NCBI GenBank assembly: GCA_000320545.1
Contig: ADNK01002279.1
Location: 1-64,000, forward strand
Direction: 5' to 3'
DNA: 64,000 nucleotides
From: Bigelowiella natans CCMP2755
Lineage: Eukaryota > Protista > Cercozoa
The notes below the pieces were generated by a model, which saw nothing but the letters and a program-made list of their open reading frames with translations, searched no databases and was not told where the DNA came from. The first letter of the stretch is position 1; each line of letters begins with the position of its first letter. Position numbers and translations under genes: made by a program. Shown piece after piece: positions 50,742-64,000 of this stretch.

Positions 50742-52279
50742 TCTAAGAATACTATAAATAAAACGTATATAAATAATCAGTTTATTTATTTTGAGCGTTT
50801 TTGAGTTCTCCTCACCGCCATCATTGTTAAGAACCCTCCACAGCCATTTCCGCCAATGCCTCACAGCTCTTCGCACTGGGCGATCCTCCGACCTCTCCGC
50901 TACGGACACACACACACACACACAGAGAGAGACGAAACAAATCAAGACGCAGTCCCCGCACCCGCAAGACGTCAGCCGCGCCATTACAACAGGATAGACA
51001 CACTTACGCACGCAACGGCAAGTCACGCACCCCTGTGATACATCTTCGAGACCCCAGGCAGCCTCTCCCACGACTCCGCCCAACTCCTTAAAAACACATT
51101 CATACATGAATGGGTTGTACGCGTATGCTGCTTTGGGCGCGCAGCGATAAACAAACCATGCGCCCGAACCTAATCATCCTTCGCTTTACCCCTGGAGCAC
51201 GCTCACAGTCGATGCAGCCCTGCAGGTGGCGCACTTCTGCAGCGAAGATGCTGGCTATCTGAACCTGCTCGAGTGTAGGCATGAAGCTGAGCACGGAGAA
51301 CAACACCGCCTTCCACAAAACGTGCGAACACGGAAAAATACCAAATCATGTAGTGTGCTTATAAACATTACGATGCGAGTGTTTTTGCGCTTTTCATAAT
51401 TCATATCGAATGCAAGCGGTGTTTTTCTTCCACCATGCACTTGACGGCTGATTCTCGTATTTTCTCGTAGTTTGGATATGCAGCAAACCTAAGGATACCG
51501 TGCGAGAAAATTATGATGACGACGCTGCTCAGCTGCTGTATGGGCGCGTTGCTAGATTGAGGTTTTGGTTGAAAAGAAAATGTGTGAGAATATGCATACG
51601 CAAGAACACAAAATCCATTGTTTTCCTATCCACCTTTCCTTTATATTACTCAACGTGTAACCCTAGAATATCTATATTTATCGATCCCTCCCCCCGCCCC
51701 ACCCCCCCCCGTCTATCTCTTAATATATGTTCGTAATACGGCGTGTATTTCTTGCAGCGTTCATTCCTCAACTCCTCGTCCTTGGTCCACTTAAGCATAC
51801 CGGATACCTGCAGCGAATGGTTGGCGAGAGGTGACGATCTACCCTTGCAATCTCGCAGCAAAAACAACTCCCCTGAACAACGAGAATCAGGAGACAAAAC
51901 AAACTGGAAACATAGGCAGGATCTTCGGTGCGAAGGCTACTACACAGCGACGCAATCCCCAGCGGAAGTACTTCCATGACACCAAACAACTCTTCACTGC
52001 TGCTTGGCTAGCTCACCTCTAACTCGCACTTGGCTTCTAAACACGCACAGGATACGAGGTTCTGGTACGAGGGGAGGACTTGATCGTAACTGTGAGGGCC
52101 GTTTGAATTGTTAGCGTCGATTGATTATCTTCACTCATAATGCACAAACTTCGCAAACTGCGCATCGTGCACGTCTCATGCTCGTTTGAGGCGGCGCAGC
52201 CGGCGCTGCTACGAAATGTGCGATGTTCGATAGGTCAGTGAGTGCGTGCGTGTATGTGTGTGTGTGAGGTGTGTGTATG

Positions 52280-52331
<52 letters not shown>

Positions 52332-53087
52332 AATATCCAATTATTAATTCGTTTAAAGATGATTACTTAAGATATCTAGCGATTTGATTCCGAATCTCGT
52401 CTCGATCTTCCGTTTCAGAGAGACGAATGCGGCCCAAACCTAACCCACCATGATCACGCCGGATTCACGCATATTCATGCATTTTAAAATCTGGGGGAGG
52501 GAGGGAGGGGCAAAGAGGATCATGCCGAAAACCAACTCACATCTGATGAGGTCGGCCAAATAGTGCGAGTCGGAATACGCATTGCCCGTGTTGTCGTTTT
52601 TCTGTTTGCAAGGAAGAAAGGGCACAGCTCGAAAAGTTAAATATCGCATCAACGACTCATCACGTATGTACGGCGGCTTTATTGCAGCAGAGCGCGCACA
52701 GAAACACGCATTTGAATGCTCTCTGAAGAAACGCGCGCTGGCTCTACCTGTAGGAGCTGCTTTATCATGGTGACGACGCGTGTATCCTATAACACGGAGA
52801 AATGATTCGGTAAAAACACAATCGGTCTTTTAACGGTTGCTGCTGCATTGAACCAAGTACATTTAGAACCTCCCACATAACGACTTAGTTGAGTTTTATC
52901 ATATATTTTGGGAGGGCATTTTCAGTATCTCCACAGCAGCCGAAGTAGCATTTTTCGAGCATAGTGAGAACATAGTGTATGTATAAGGGGGGGGGGCACG
53001 GGCACGGACGCGACGTACCGTCAGGCCTTGGATGTCCTTGATTCTGCTCAGTGCTGTTATGACGCCCCTGTTAATAATGTGAAAATT

Positions 53088-53129
<42 letters not shown>

Positions 53130-53181
53130 ATATTTATATCCATTTCATCATCGCTGTACTGCGGAAGGGACCAATATATGA

Positions 53182-53219
<38 letters not shown>

Positions 53220-54343
53220 GTGCAAGTTGGAGGTGTGGAATCGACCTCTTGAGGAAGTATTCGGGGAGATCTTTGAAGTCATTCGCCTTCCACAAGGTGT
53301 TAGCTTGGTCGTAATACCTTTTGGTAATGAAGGACTTGTTTTAAGATGCGGCGGCTCACCAACGCACCAATGTTATGCCTTTTGGACTCGAAGGAACATA
53401 ATGAGGATGCACACCAACAATTGCTGCGCGCGATGATATTTTCGCGCGATGATATTCTTAATCACTCGCTTTCTTCTAATTAAAAAACGGTAGATGTCCA
53501 CCCGTATAACTACTGCAATCTATCATTTGCGCCGAGTCTCCACCTATTCTTGAGGAATTCATAGAGAGAACGGAATGCGACAAACGGAGCGCTGTGCTGC
53601 TCGACTTTCCTGTTTACGTGAAATGCCAAAAATCGCATCATTTGAGCGCCACATATCAAATACAAAACACTATGAATCCCTTTAGGTTTTTCTCATTCTC
53701 TTTCGCCTCAATGCGGACATATGAAGATTTAAAGGAGCAAGGGCAGCTCACCATTCTCCGGTGATGGAGGCGTCTGTCTCGTCGCGACTTATACGCTGTC
53801 GCTTATTGCTAGATGACTCCGCTGGAAATCCGCATGCACACACGCACAATCACACAAATATCATTATGAGACGGAAAATAAGATGTCAAAAAACGCATGA
53901 TTGAACCCTTCTCAAGACGGCCTCCAGATGCCAACGACGCCGCAGCTTCCGCAGCCGCTATGCGAACCTTTTGTGTGTGAAATACCATACTGTGTTGTGC
54001 AACTACAACACCGACAAACAACAATGGAAACACGCGCGCATACACACACGCCTCTATCGGCCATGGTTTTGGTACATAGAACCCAGCTGGTACTTGAAAT
54101 CAAAAACACACGCGCTACAACGCCAAATCACACTCTAGCATGCACAAGATGTGAGGAAAGTGACCTGGTAGTAGTATTTCGGATCTAACAGCGTTTGGTC
54201 GAGTGCTTTTGGCGCAAGTAGCGGATCGGGGTTTTCTACGAGATTACAGTAAAATAATGAACTAACACTATCACCATTGCATCATCAAATTCTCGAAGCT
54301 TTTCACTTATATAGCATCACCATCCGCAATATACGACATATAA

Positions 54344-54395
<52 letters not shown>

Positions 54396-54688
54396 TCAAA
54401 GGGTAGACCGATTTTGCGAAGGCCCTCAACCGCATCAAGCTGCGACACCACGTTCTAATTGTATATCGTTGTTTTTGAGGATTGAAAAGAAAAATGAGGA
54501 GGAGGGACACCATGGCAAATCAATAAATTCGAAAAGAGAGTAGCAGTACTACACCTACCTTGGAATAAAGAAGCTGGTATATCCACATGACCTCGTGCTG
54601 GGTAACCTGATAATGGCATTTTATAAAATGAATCGGCGACGTATTAAAAAACAGCATTACGCGCGAATTACACATAAACATAAATATA

Positions 54689-54730
<42 letters not shown>

Positions 54731-57199
54731 AATATCTACACACAAGTAACTGATAAATGCAAAGTTTTAGTCTAGATCTTCTTTTTGTAAATTCCGTGGC
54801 GAAATGGCATGTACGATATGTACGCGACTCTTGGCAACAAGCAAACAACAACAGCGACCTGGATCGGTCGGATCCACAGTCTGAGCAGCAGAGCAAACCA
54901 GATTCAAGCGAAACGCAAAAAGAAAGAGGAGAGAGAACGAATCGAGGAGGAGACAAAACACGATAATCGTACACATAAACTCACACATTGCTCGATGTAT
55001 GTTCCTGCACAGTTTTCGCGTGTGCATCTCGCAACTATAAAGCAGATACTGTATATACTCGTCGTCGCAATGTCTATATTATTCGTCCTTCTCCTTGCAT
55101 GCGGTCTCGGTATACATTCAGTACAAACAGAGCACATGGTGCATTTTTCAAAACGAATGATCTTGAGGGGAGACGTTGGCTATGTGAGGTGGCACTTCGC
55201 AATATTCTCACCCGTCGGGATCGGCTCTAACCCAGTCCACCTAACAAACCGCGTTGCGTAACAGCACACGTAAACAACACTATCGCTAGAATCTATTGCG
55301 TATTGCCGGCACTAAATAGCAGTAGCCGCTCACACGCCCGGGCTAAAAGGGATCTTCGCAAGTGTAGCACTCAATTGTTACCGGGGTCTTTACGCGCCTT
55401 GGAAGCAACAATTCGAGGTTCAGTGTAGCCTAATTTTGGCACAAATCACCGATTTCAAAACAAACCTCTTTCCTTAACTAGCGAAGTATTGCCAATGTGC
55501 GATCGAAGACAATAACAATGACACATTTCGCGCGAACGGGTAGCGTTTATCGCAAGCCGTTGTTGCGTGTATGGCATGCTCCGAACATTACCTCGTCTTC
55601 TTTCTTCCTTGATTTGTTTCTTGGGAGACGCGATGAGCACTTTAGCCTTGTGACCTCACTCCGGCACTAGCACAATTGCCACGTGACAGCATCCATCCCA
55701 CGTGCAAAACAAACACCATCAGAACATCGCCGCGGTACCACTTCACAAAAGCGAGAGATACGCATGCTTGCATCATGTTACGAAGCAAAAAGCCGCCGGA
55801 TTCTACCAAAGGCACATCTACCTACCGAGAAGCCAAAGCAGTGCCTCTCTCTACATCGTAAAAGCTACACTTGCAATGCATTCAAGTCACCAGCGCAAAC
55901 ACACACACACACACACACACACCTGGCGGCCATCGACTGGGATAATCTTTTGGAACTCTTTAAACTTCTCCTTCACCTACACACCATCCAAACGAAACCC
56001 GCTCACAACCAACACACACACCTTTTTTCCCTCGCCAAAGGCCTCAGGAGCAGCATTATATGATACAATAAAAAAACGCGATCTGAAGACGACGCCCTCT
56101 CGGCTTCTAGCAAATACCAAAACAGCAAGAGCTCCTTTAAACCGCACTCCGTCCTCCCCGGCCTCCGCATTGGGGTCGGTAAAATCGGCGGATTCCTTGG
56201 TGTCCCCCATACCGCTATAAATATTATTATTGCATGCATGTTTCGATTGTCTCAGTTACCCGATCATACGGCGCAGAACGAAGTGTAAGAGTGGCATTAC
56301 GCTATCAAAGTTTTAAGGGAGGGAGGGGTACCCGTACCCTAGCTTGTGTGCGGGAGTGCCGATTCGGCGCATCGGTGACTTGCGGCGCGCTGGTGAAGGC
56401 CTAATGTTGTTTTTGTCATCTCACGGGCAATAGCGTCCAAATCATTGGTAGGAGGCTGAACGCTCCGTCACGTTTATAAGTGTATTTCAATGTATGTATT
56501 ATAGAAATATTATATATATATATGTGTACAACTTGATATATATTTTAATTCAATACAATGTATTTATGTGTGTGTGTGTGTGTGCGTGTGTGTGTGTGTG
56601 CGTGTTTTTGTGATCTAAACATATTAATGGGATTGGTTCTTGGCAATGATGCCGCATCTACCCTCGTCCTTGGCTCAGCCGCCGTGCTGCGTATTCGAGA
56701 GAGAAAACATACGACATTCGCTTAAAAATGCAGAATGCAAAAAGCTAATGACGATGAAACTACTAGTATCTTATACACTTTGAATAAGCAATAGAAGTGA
56801 GGAAAAAGTGAGGACTAATGCCGCAGAATGCGCGTGTGTGTAAACGTTAATAACTGCGACATCGTGAACGACCTGAATTGGGGCTTTTGTTACGCTTTTG
56901 CAGAGTTTGCTTCTCCGGTGGTAGTAGCAGCTGTACCATTTTGACAATGTACCAGCACACACAATAAATGAGAATCAGCCCCGCAAAACACGCACAAGAG
57001 AGTAAACTTGGGAATGGCAGTGTGAAGGCCTTCTAGAGGCTGCGGCAGAATACCTTGCCCGATTCGTACTCCTTTGGCGATCGAAAATCCTACCACCAAA
57101 ACACACAAAGATGAGCAATCGCGCGCAAGGGCATCATCCTTAGGTTGAGAGTCTTTACATTTCCATATGGATTTTTAAGAATCGTATCTATCTATTATG

Positions 57200-57245
<46 letters not shown>

Positions 57246-57750
57246 ACAATAAATGTATATATTGTTTGATATATTGGTGTATTAATATATAGGTAAAGGC
57301 GAGTTTATTACCATCACCCATTCAAGAACCGTTTCATGTCGTTTTTCCTTATATGTAAATCTGGGAAACAAACCGACTCAATCGAAGCAATGGCCAATAC
57401 CCCCAAATAACAGCACTCAACTTGTTCTTCAAAACAAAATCAAGTCAAATATCCCCAAAACGCAATCGAGACGGTTGGGGGGGGGGGGGGGGATGGGGTC
57501 TAAGACGTATTTATTTTCCTTTTTTTGGCAGTAGAAGGGTGGGGCTAATCGTGCTGAATGAACCTTAGATTTAGACGAGGAAAGTGGGTTCCTTTTATGA
57601 ATTGATTGATGAAGTCCATGATCTTGTTTGTCTGTTGGTAGAAGAACAAGCAAGAATAAATAACTTCCTAAATAATGCCGATGTAACGGCACGCAAACAT
57701 GTCGGGATCTCTCTAGGATGCTGAATATTCATGAACTCATCAACGAGACA

Positions 57751-57792
<42 letters not shown>

Positions 57793-59383
57793 CTCTTCTC
57801 TCTCCTGCTCTTACGCTATGCGTGGTAGACAATGGCATGCGTGTGCCTTCTACCCACCCAAATGCGAAAATGGCATGAAGGGAAGCGATAAAATGACCTC
57901 TGAGTTGTTCGAAATCTTCGATTTCTTGCACAGTTTCACGAAGTCTTTAGTCCCTTTGGCCAGGATTTCCTTGTCTTAGGAAGATAAGGGGGGGCGAGGC
58001 AGTTGTTGGAATAGGGAAAGATCATACACACGCTTGGAATTGCAGCTACTCTGCCCGCAATGGGAGAGACTGGCTAAGGCAGTATGGTAGTGGCTTTTAG
58101 ATTTGCTACTCTACATAGTCGCACTCATCGAGAAGTACCTCCTGCTCCGTTTACGGATGGGTTTGTTTTCTGAGACGAGAACAGACAATTCAGAGCGATG
58201 CAATGCAATGTAATGAAGGATTCACTATTCGAAGGGAATAGCATGCGTCGTTTTGGACGATTTAGCATCATCCGCAGACGACTTAGGATTTAATCAAACA
58301 CCGCGAACGCTACATCATTTACTTTGCTTTCTTTAATGTGTGTTTTATTTCGTTTGCCCTGTGCATTCTCGGCTGCTATGCGCGGTATGTGATCGCTCCT
58401 ATCAGCAGCAGCAGCACCTTAATCCATTTGAAGAGAATGTCGTTGAAACCGTTCTCTGCGTGGTGGGAGATTTCGCAAAAAACAAGGAGGCAAATGAATT
58501 GATGCACAATGGGAGATCAAATTTCGAAGCAAATGGTTTGCGCCTTCTATATGCACAGAGGGGAAAAGAGGGAGGGGGTGGTGAAGAGCTATCGGAAGAA
58601 TTCTATTCCTTTAAAAAAAATCTATTACAGCTTTAACTATTAAGCACTACTACTACTATTACTACTTCTACTACTACTACCTCCAATAATCTCCTGCAGA
58701 CGAATCATTACAACGACGGAGCGATATTCTCGAGAAGGGATATTCGTCTCCCCATATGTGCTGGCAAGATAAGATACAGGCAGCAACGTGCAAATAGCTC
58801 ATCACGACAACGAACATGATGATATAATCGATTTTTCGGGCAAAAGAAACCACCAGAGACTATAACTCGATTGTTGTTGGATCTTATTGCAAAACGTATT
58901 TGCTTGCTTTCGACTTTAGTATCATTCTTAAAGCTTTGTTTTCCAATCTATCTGCCCCCCCCCCTCTCCCCTTTACCTCTTTCCTCCTTGTCCCCTCCCC
59001 TCTCTATCGTCTTACTTTTCCTCTCTCTGCGTAAAAAAGTCCTCTCGCGCGCGCATCTACTATTTAAATTCTAACGAAGATACGGCGGAGATGGAGGTGT
59101 TGGTTGCGGTGTTGTTTACAGAAATCCTTTGAAGTTGAGGGGGAGGATGGGGTGTTTCGTGGTCAGGCTCTTAGACATCTCCGGCTCGAATGCCAAAGTA
59201 CTAGCGGCTTCATTGCTGTTTCTCGCTGCGGCCTTATGGACTTCGGCAGGGTAGGTTGGGTCTTCGTACCTGCAAATGGCAGTTCAAATAATGAGGAAAT
59301 TCCCCGATCCGCGCTGCTATAAGAGAGACACGATCAAATTCTTCGATACTGCAAAATAACAAATGCTGTGCACATATACAAGT

Positions 59384-59426
<43 letters not shown>

Positions 59427-59980
59427 TTGGCATTACGTGCTGAAACTACTTAGGTTAAGTTATAGTGCGAAAGGATCACAAAATCAGCCTCGAAACAAAG
59501 CACACGTCCAAACACACATTAGAATAAAAATCACACGGATACGAATGCAAGCCGTGACTGCCATTACTCTAAAATGTCAAAGACTTTGTTCCTCCTGACA
59601 ACGTATATAAATGCACGATATATCAGAGACCATTCTGAATGTTCTCCAAATGCAAGTAATTGAATTTATATCAGATCTACAATACTGACGATTTTTCGTA
59701 ATAGAATCATATCGCACAACAAATTTCATCTGCGTTTTTTTCGCAGCTGCGGCGCTATATTCTAAGCTGCAGCAGCTGTACTTGACTTCTAGTTGGGAGA
59801 ACAGAAGATAAAAGAGGTACATTATCTCCCTTTGTCTATCTACATCTTCTCTTTTTAGAACTTTGGAAATACGCTGCTGCTTTGTCCACTGCGACAAGGC
59901 ATAGTGCATGCCGCTGATTACCCAAGAAACGTCGCGATTCGAATATTACAAGAAAAAGTGCTAATGTTTTTTATCTTCAC

Positions 59981-60033
<53 letters not shown>

Positions 60034-60035
60034 AG

Positions 60036-60071
<36 letters not shown>

Positions 60072-60703
60072 CGTGTCAGGATCATGCTGGTACTTACAGG
60101 AGGAAAATAGCTTCATTGTTTCCGAACACCTCTCGTATGTATCTTTTGGATCAGAAAAACACAACAGTTGGCGCATTAGAGCCGTGTAAGAGAGAAACAC
60201 AACGAATTGCACATATACATACACACAGACATACACACGGCCATAGACAAAATGCGAGAGAATCTTTGAATATCACCAAGTCTTCGTCATTCAAGAAAAC
60301 AGGTGCACAATGATGGAAACGCTGTACCGAAAGAAATCATGAACACATTGATCGATGGCAACAACAATTTGGAAACATGCCTATATGACGTAACAAATGC
60401 GTGTTTGTTTTCGGTACTTATGCACTATTATCCCCACGAAGCCATCCACCATCCAAGAATCAGAATGGCTTTTCAACTATTTTGCACACACACACACACA
60501 CACACGCACACACACACACACACACACATAACATCAAACGCGTTTACAGTAGAAACACAGTTAAACGCTCGGTATTAGGCGGAATAACATTCTCTTCTTT
60601 CATTAAAATGCTCTGCAGCGTTAGTGGCATTTTTAACTACACTGTACTTCTAAGCTTTCATACCATTTGCGTGTGCATAAGCCAGGCTGATGCAACCGCC
60701 TGA

Positions 60704-60742
<39 letters not shown>

Positions 60743-60924
60743 TAATTATATACATTCTGTGTGTGTGCGTGCGTAAGTGTGTGTTTGTGTGTGTGTGTAT
60801 TTTCATGCATATATTATCCATATATCATGTATATCTGTACCAACATAGACTATATTATATGCAAGCAAAGCAACAATGAGCACGTAGAGAGGAAGAATGA
60901 TTACTAAAGATTATGATAAATAAA

Positions 60925-60960
<36 letters not shown>

Positions 60961-61422
60961 TAAGTAAAGCCTTGGATGGCATCAGAAAGAAGAATCATTG
61001 CCATTTAAAATACCTTCACTAGTAGACGTCTCGTAAGGTACACCTGAAATTAGTAGCAGTTGTAGAAGTAGCAGCACAAAGGTGTGGGGGTATTGTTTGG
61101 TGATGACTATTTTCACACCAACACATGGCGATCTTATCTAACGCTCTACATAAAAAAGAATATGATTATGCATGTATGCATGCTATTGGCACATCAAGTT
61201 TGTTTTCCTTTCTTGGTCTCTCTCACTCCTCCCTAACCCAGGTTGACCGAACATCATACGAAAAATTGTATAATCGATAGTAAGCATTACACATGCAGCT
61301 CTCCGATGTGTCACAAGCATCAGCTATCCCCCCCCCCTCCCCCCCACACCTGGTCTATGATGTGCGAGTCGTGCAGAGTCTCCACGTGGCATATACTTTC
61401 CAAAATTGTAAAACAGAGCATA

Positions 61423-61458
<36 letters not shown>

Positions 61459-61800
61459 CACACACAAATATGTGCAAATATGGACCCGAAGAGATAAACG
61501 AACGTGGTTCCCCACGATTCTTATTCGCACTTCCACAAAATGTAAACGACACGAAGGTCGTCATCTCAACCAAAAAGTTTGTTGTGTGTAAAAAACAGCA
61601 GCAGCAGTCATGATGATGTGAAATCGCTGATTACGCCATGCCGGTGTACGCCTCGACGTCCCTTACGGCCTCCCTAACGAAGACCTGTGCAATGATGCAA
61701 ACAAACACGATGACACAATGCAAAAATGCCTTCTTTCCCGGTTGCTCTTGCATTCTCTCTTTATTCCTTTCTTTCTCTCTTTCTCTTTCTCTTTCTCTCC

Positions 61801-61847
<47 letters not shown>

Positions 61848-62414
61848 CATCCATGTCTAACCTCATCATGTACCTGTCTAAAGGTTTTTGTAGGAAATGG
61901 TGTGCGGCGAAGATAATTCGAGACGAAATCAAGGATCTTCGCAAGATGCTGGCAGGTGTATCTAATTTTTGTCATATTCATATTTGTTGTTTGAGGGGGA
62001 GAGAGAGGGGGAGAGAGAGAGGGAGAGAGAGAGGGAGAGAGAGAGAGAGAGAGAGAGAGAAAGTGTGTGTGTGCATGCATTGTGATGAGTTGTTAGAATG
62101 GTGTATTCTAAACACAAATATTCGTGGACGCGCACTCTCGATACGGATTCCTACCTAACGTAAGTTTGCATTCTTGTGCGTAGAATGTCCTTCTTTTTCC
62201 GACCTATGTATGGGAGATAAAGAAACGAATATTAATGGTATTAGTATAATAAATTCTCGCGTATAAATGTATGGTAAGGCAAAAATGCCAGTTTACATCT
62301 AGTGTACCAAGATTGACGTGTTTGGGTTCCCAAGGAATGTATCTGTTAGTAGTTATCATCGAAGAAATCAATACATAGGTAAACATTAAAAACAATTAAG
62401 TCAGATGGGTACGT

Positions 62415-62458
<44 letters not shown>

Positions 62459-63950
62459 TTTATATTATATAGACTGTAGTAATAGTAGCTTTGATCATTT
62501 TGCATTCAGCACGTGCGTGTCAGTACATTTCAATAGGCACGGGGCTGTCGACACTAGCGAGATCGTCCACAATGCCGATGTCGTCGAGCGTGAACTTCTC
62601 AAAAGGGCCTGCGGCGAAGCCGATCTTGGGGGGGGGGGGAGGCAAGGGGTATGAAAGTGTAGATTAATGAGATTTTTTTTTTTTTAAAAAAAATGTACGT
62701 CAGAGGCATGCTCCAGTGATATGTATACATGGTGGGATGATGACGTGTAGCATAAATACCCCACGCGCATTCACTAGCTGCTCCTTGGTGTCGTACTTAA
62801 ATGTCTTATATTTCACCGGTAGACCTGCGAAACAACGCGTTGAAAATGCATATATACACGCTGGTTTTTTGGCATGGATATATCAACTGACCCCCCTCTC
62901 TAGACGTGTGCTCTTCGACGGATATTGGGTCGCCGGAGGCCACGACCGAATACCGCTCGGAACAATGAAACGTCATTTCGAACGTGGACAAGGCGTTGCT
63001 ATGCTCCTGGAGAGCAAACGGGAGTGGGGGGGGCGAATGCGGGTTATGGAAATGTACATACAATACAGAAACATATAAATGACAAAATATTCAAAGCCTT
63101 CAACCTTGCTCATCTTACCCCCACCCACCCCGACACACAGTTCCACACAAACACCTTCTGTGTAATCATGCGAAGAGTTGAAAAGTGATTGGATTGTATA
63201 GTGTTCATCTTCGTCATTTGTCTGTGATGGGCATTCTTGCTCTTACGTTGCACGGAAACCATGAGGAAGGCCGCCCCCGAGACGTGTAGGTGAATAAGTG
63301 CCTGTACCAACGACTCGTTTAGTAGTCTTTCCATATCGACGATGAGGATGGTGATGATGACGAAGGTAGAATGGGCAGAGAACAATGATGATGATGATGA
63401 TGATAATGCTTTTATCAATACTTCGGTTGTGATGAAGAAAGGGTGAGTAATTCAATCTCGAGCCAAGAACGAATTAGCTTATCGTTGCGCTCTCGGAAAA
63501 TACATGTTCTATATGCGAATTATGGCATTACAACAACGTACTTGGGTCGTATTTCATACGCTCCATTTCTTGGGAGAACACTGTGCATCCCTGTACGCGG
63601 ACTTCTGCCGTCGCCTTTCAGTCGGTAATCAATCCTAACCTAAGCGGTAGAGAGCCGAGAAGGGGGGGGGGGTGGAGGGGGGATGTAGAGTTTTCTGTCA
63701 TTCGTCAAAAAATCTACGAAAAGATCCAGAGTTTAATACGATATGATTTTGGTCTTAACAGGGATATAACAGGACGATGTGCTGCAAGGAGCATCGTCAT
63801 CACGGAGCATTAAGCACGCATCAATGAGAGAAAGTGCGATTGAATTTCGATGGTATGATTCGACTTCTATCAATTGATAGCACTTCAATACCACAAGTCG
63901 TAGTTTGACTTCGCTCACGTCATCATCAACTTTGGCCTGATAACATCGAT
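50292..63950 (-). CDS. TAF2: TFIID subunit 2 (M1-aminopeptidase fold), many exons; 5' end beyond the right edge, 3' end approximate
   Basis: Spliced motifs in TAF2 order: GPFEK; PFPTKTFRQ|VFVREA; LHDSHIIDQ|VYLTRRLLVK; SDSWMVDGFVG..|YIREVFGNNE; VVMIRLQEIIG; WVRADPDG|LWIRPIQ|VTQHEVMWIYQLLYSK (54606-54559)|NVVSQLDAVEGL; LLDPKYYYQ|VRIAAAEA; NDFKDLPEYFLK; NDNTGNAYSDSHYLADLI; VLPSYQNLVSCACL. Confidence 0.93.
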
Positions 63951-64000
63951 AAGTCAGTTGGGGCTGCATTGTAAGAGCATGCTGCTTCTTTAGGGTGTAT

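Larger units (their letters stand above)
1..64000. repeat. Dense microsatellites, (TA)n, (CA/TG)n, (GA/TC)n, (CAT)n and (TAG)n, mostly intronic
   Basis: Examples: (TA)n 1198-1231, (TG)n/(GA)n 9783-9867, (TC)n 29780-29890, (CAT)n 35390-35432, (GTA)n 22680-22710. Confidence 0.95.

Noticed and set aside
51750-52020. PH-domain-like plus-strand peptide (GYLQR...TNWKHR)
   Set aside because: It is antisense to the TAF2 gene and needs an implausibly short intron.
1-64000. ORFs containing YIYIYI, THTHTH, SLSLSL or RERERE runs; CRISPR arrays; rRNA or tRNA genes
   Set aside because: Those ORFs are translated microsatellites. No repeat-spacer array or recognisable structural RNA gene was seen.

Overview
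64 kb of intron-rich eukaryotic nuclear DNA with short GT-AG introns and abundant (TA)n, (CA/TG)n and (GA/TC)n microsatellites. It looks like a microbial eukaryote, but the taxon cannot be established from this window. Genes I could rebuild by splicing exons by hand: a SEC14/CRAL-TRIO protein (partial), an ankyrin-repeat protein, proteinaceous RNase P (PRORP), a 2xKH + importin-alpha-like ARM protein, SF3B5, a GDP-fucose fucosyltransferase-like protein, and TAF2 (5' end outside the window). Two further multi-exon genes remain unidentified. The standout signal lies between genes: several 0.6-4 kb tracts, including a decayed PIF/Harbinger transposon, are almost free of the dinucleotide TpA except in CTAG. 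Four lines of evidence point to TA being converted to TG or CA (A>G on either strand): conserved transposase residues (Tyr>His/Cys, Ile>Thr/Met, Leu>Pro), reciprocal CA/TG differences between repeat copies, a fossil (TA)n tract, and CTAG arrays. This is the mirror image of fungal RIP and suggests an adenine-directed, TpA-specific hypermutation (genome-defence-like) process. I know of no named description of it, but novelty needs a literature check. No candidate mutator enzyme gene is recognisable in the window. All counts are hand counts and should be recomputed.
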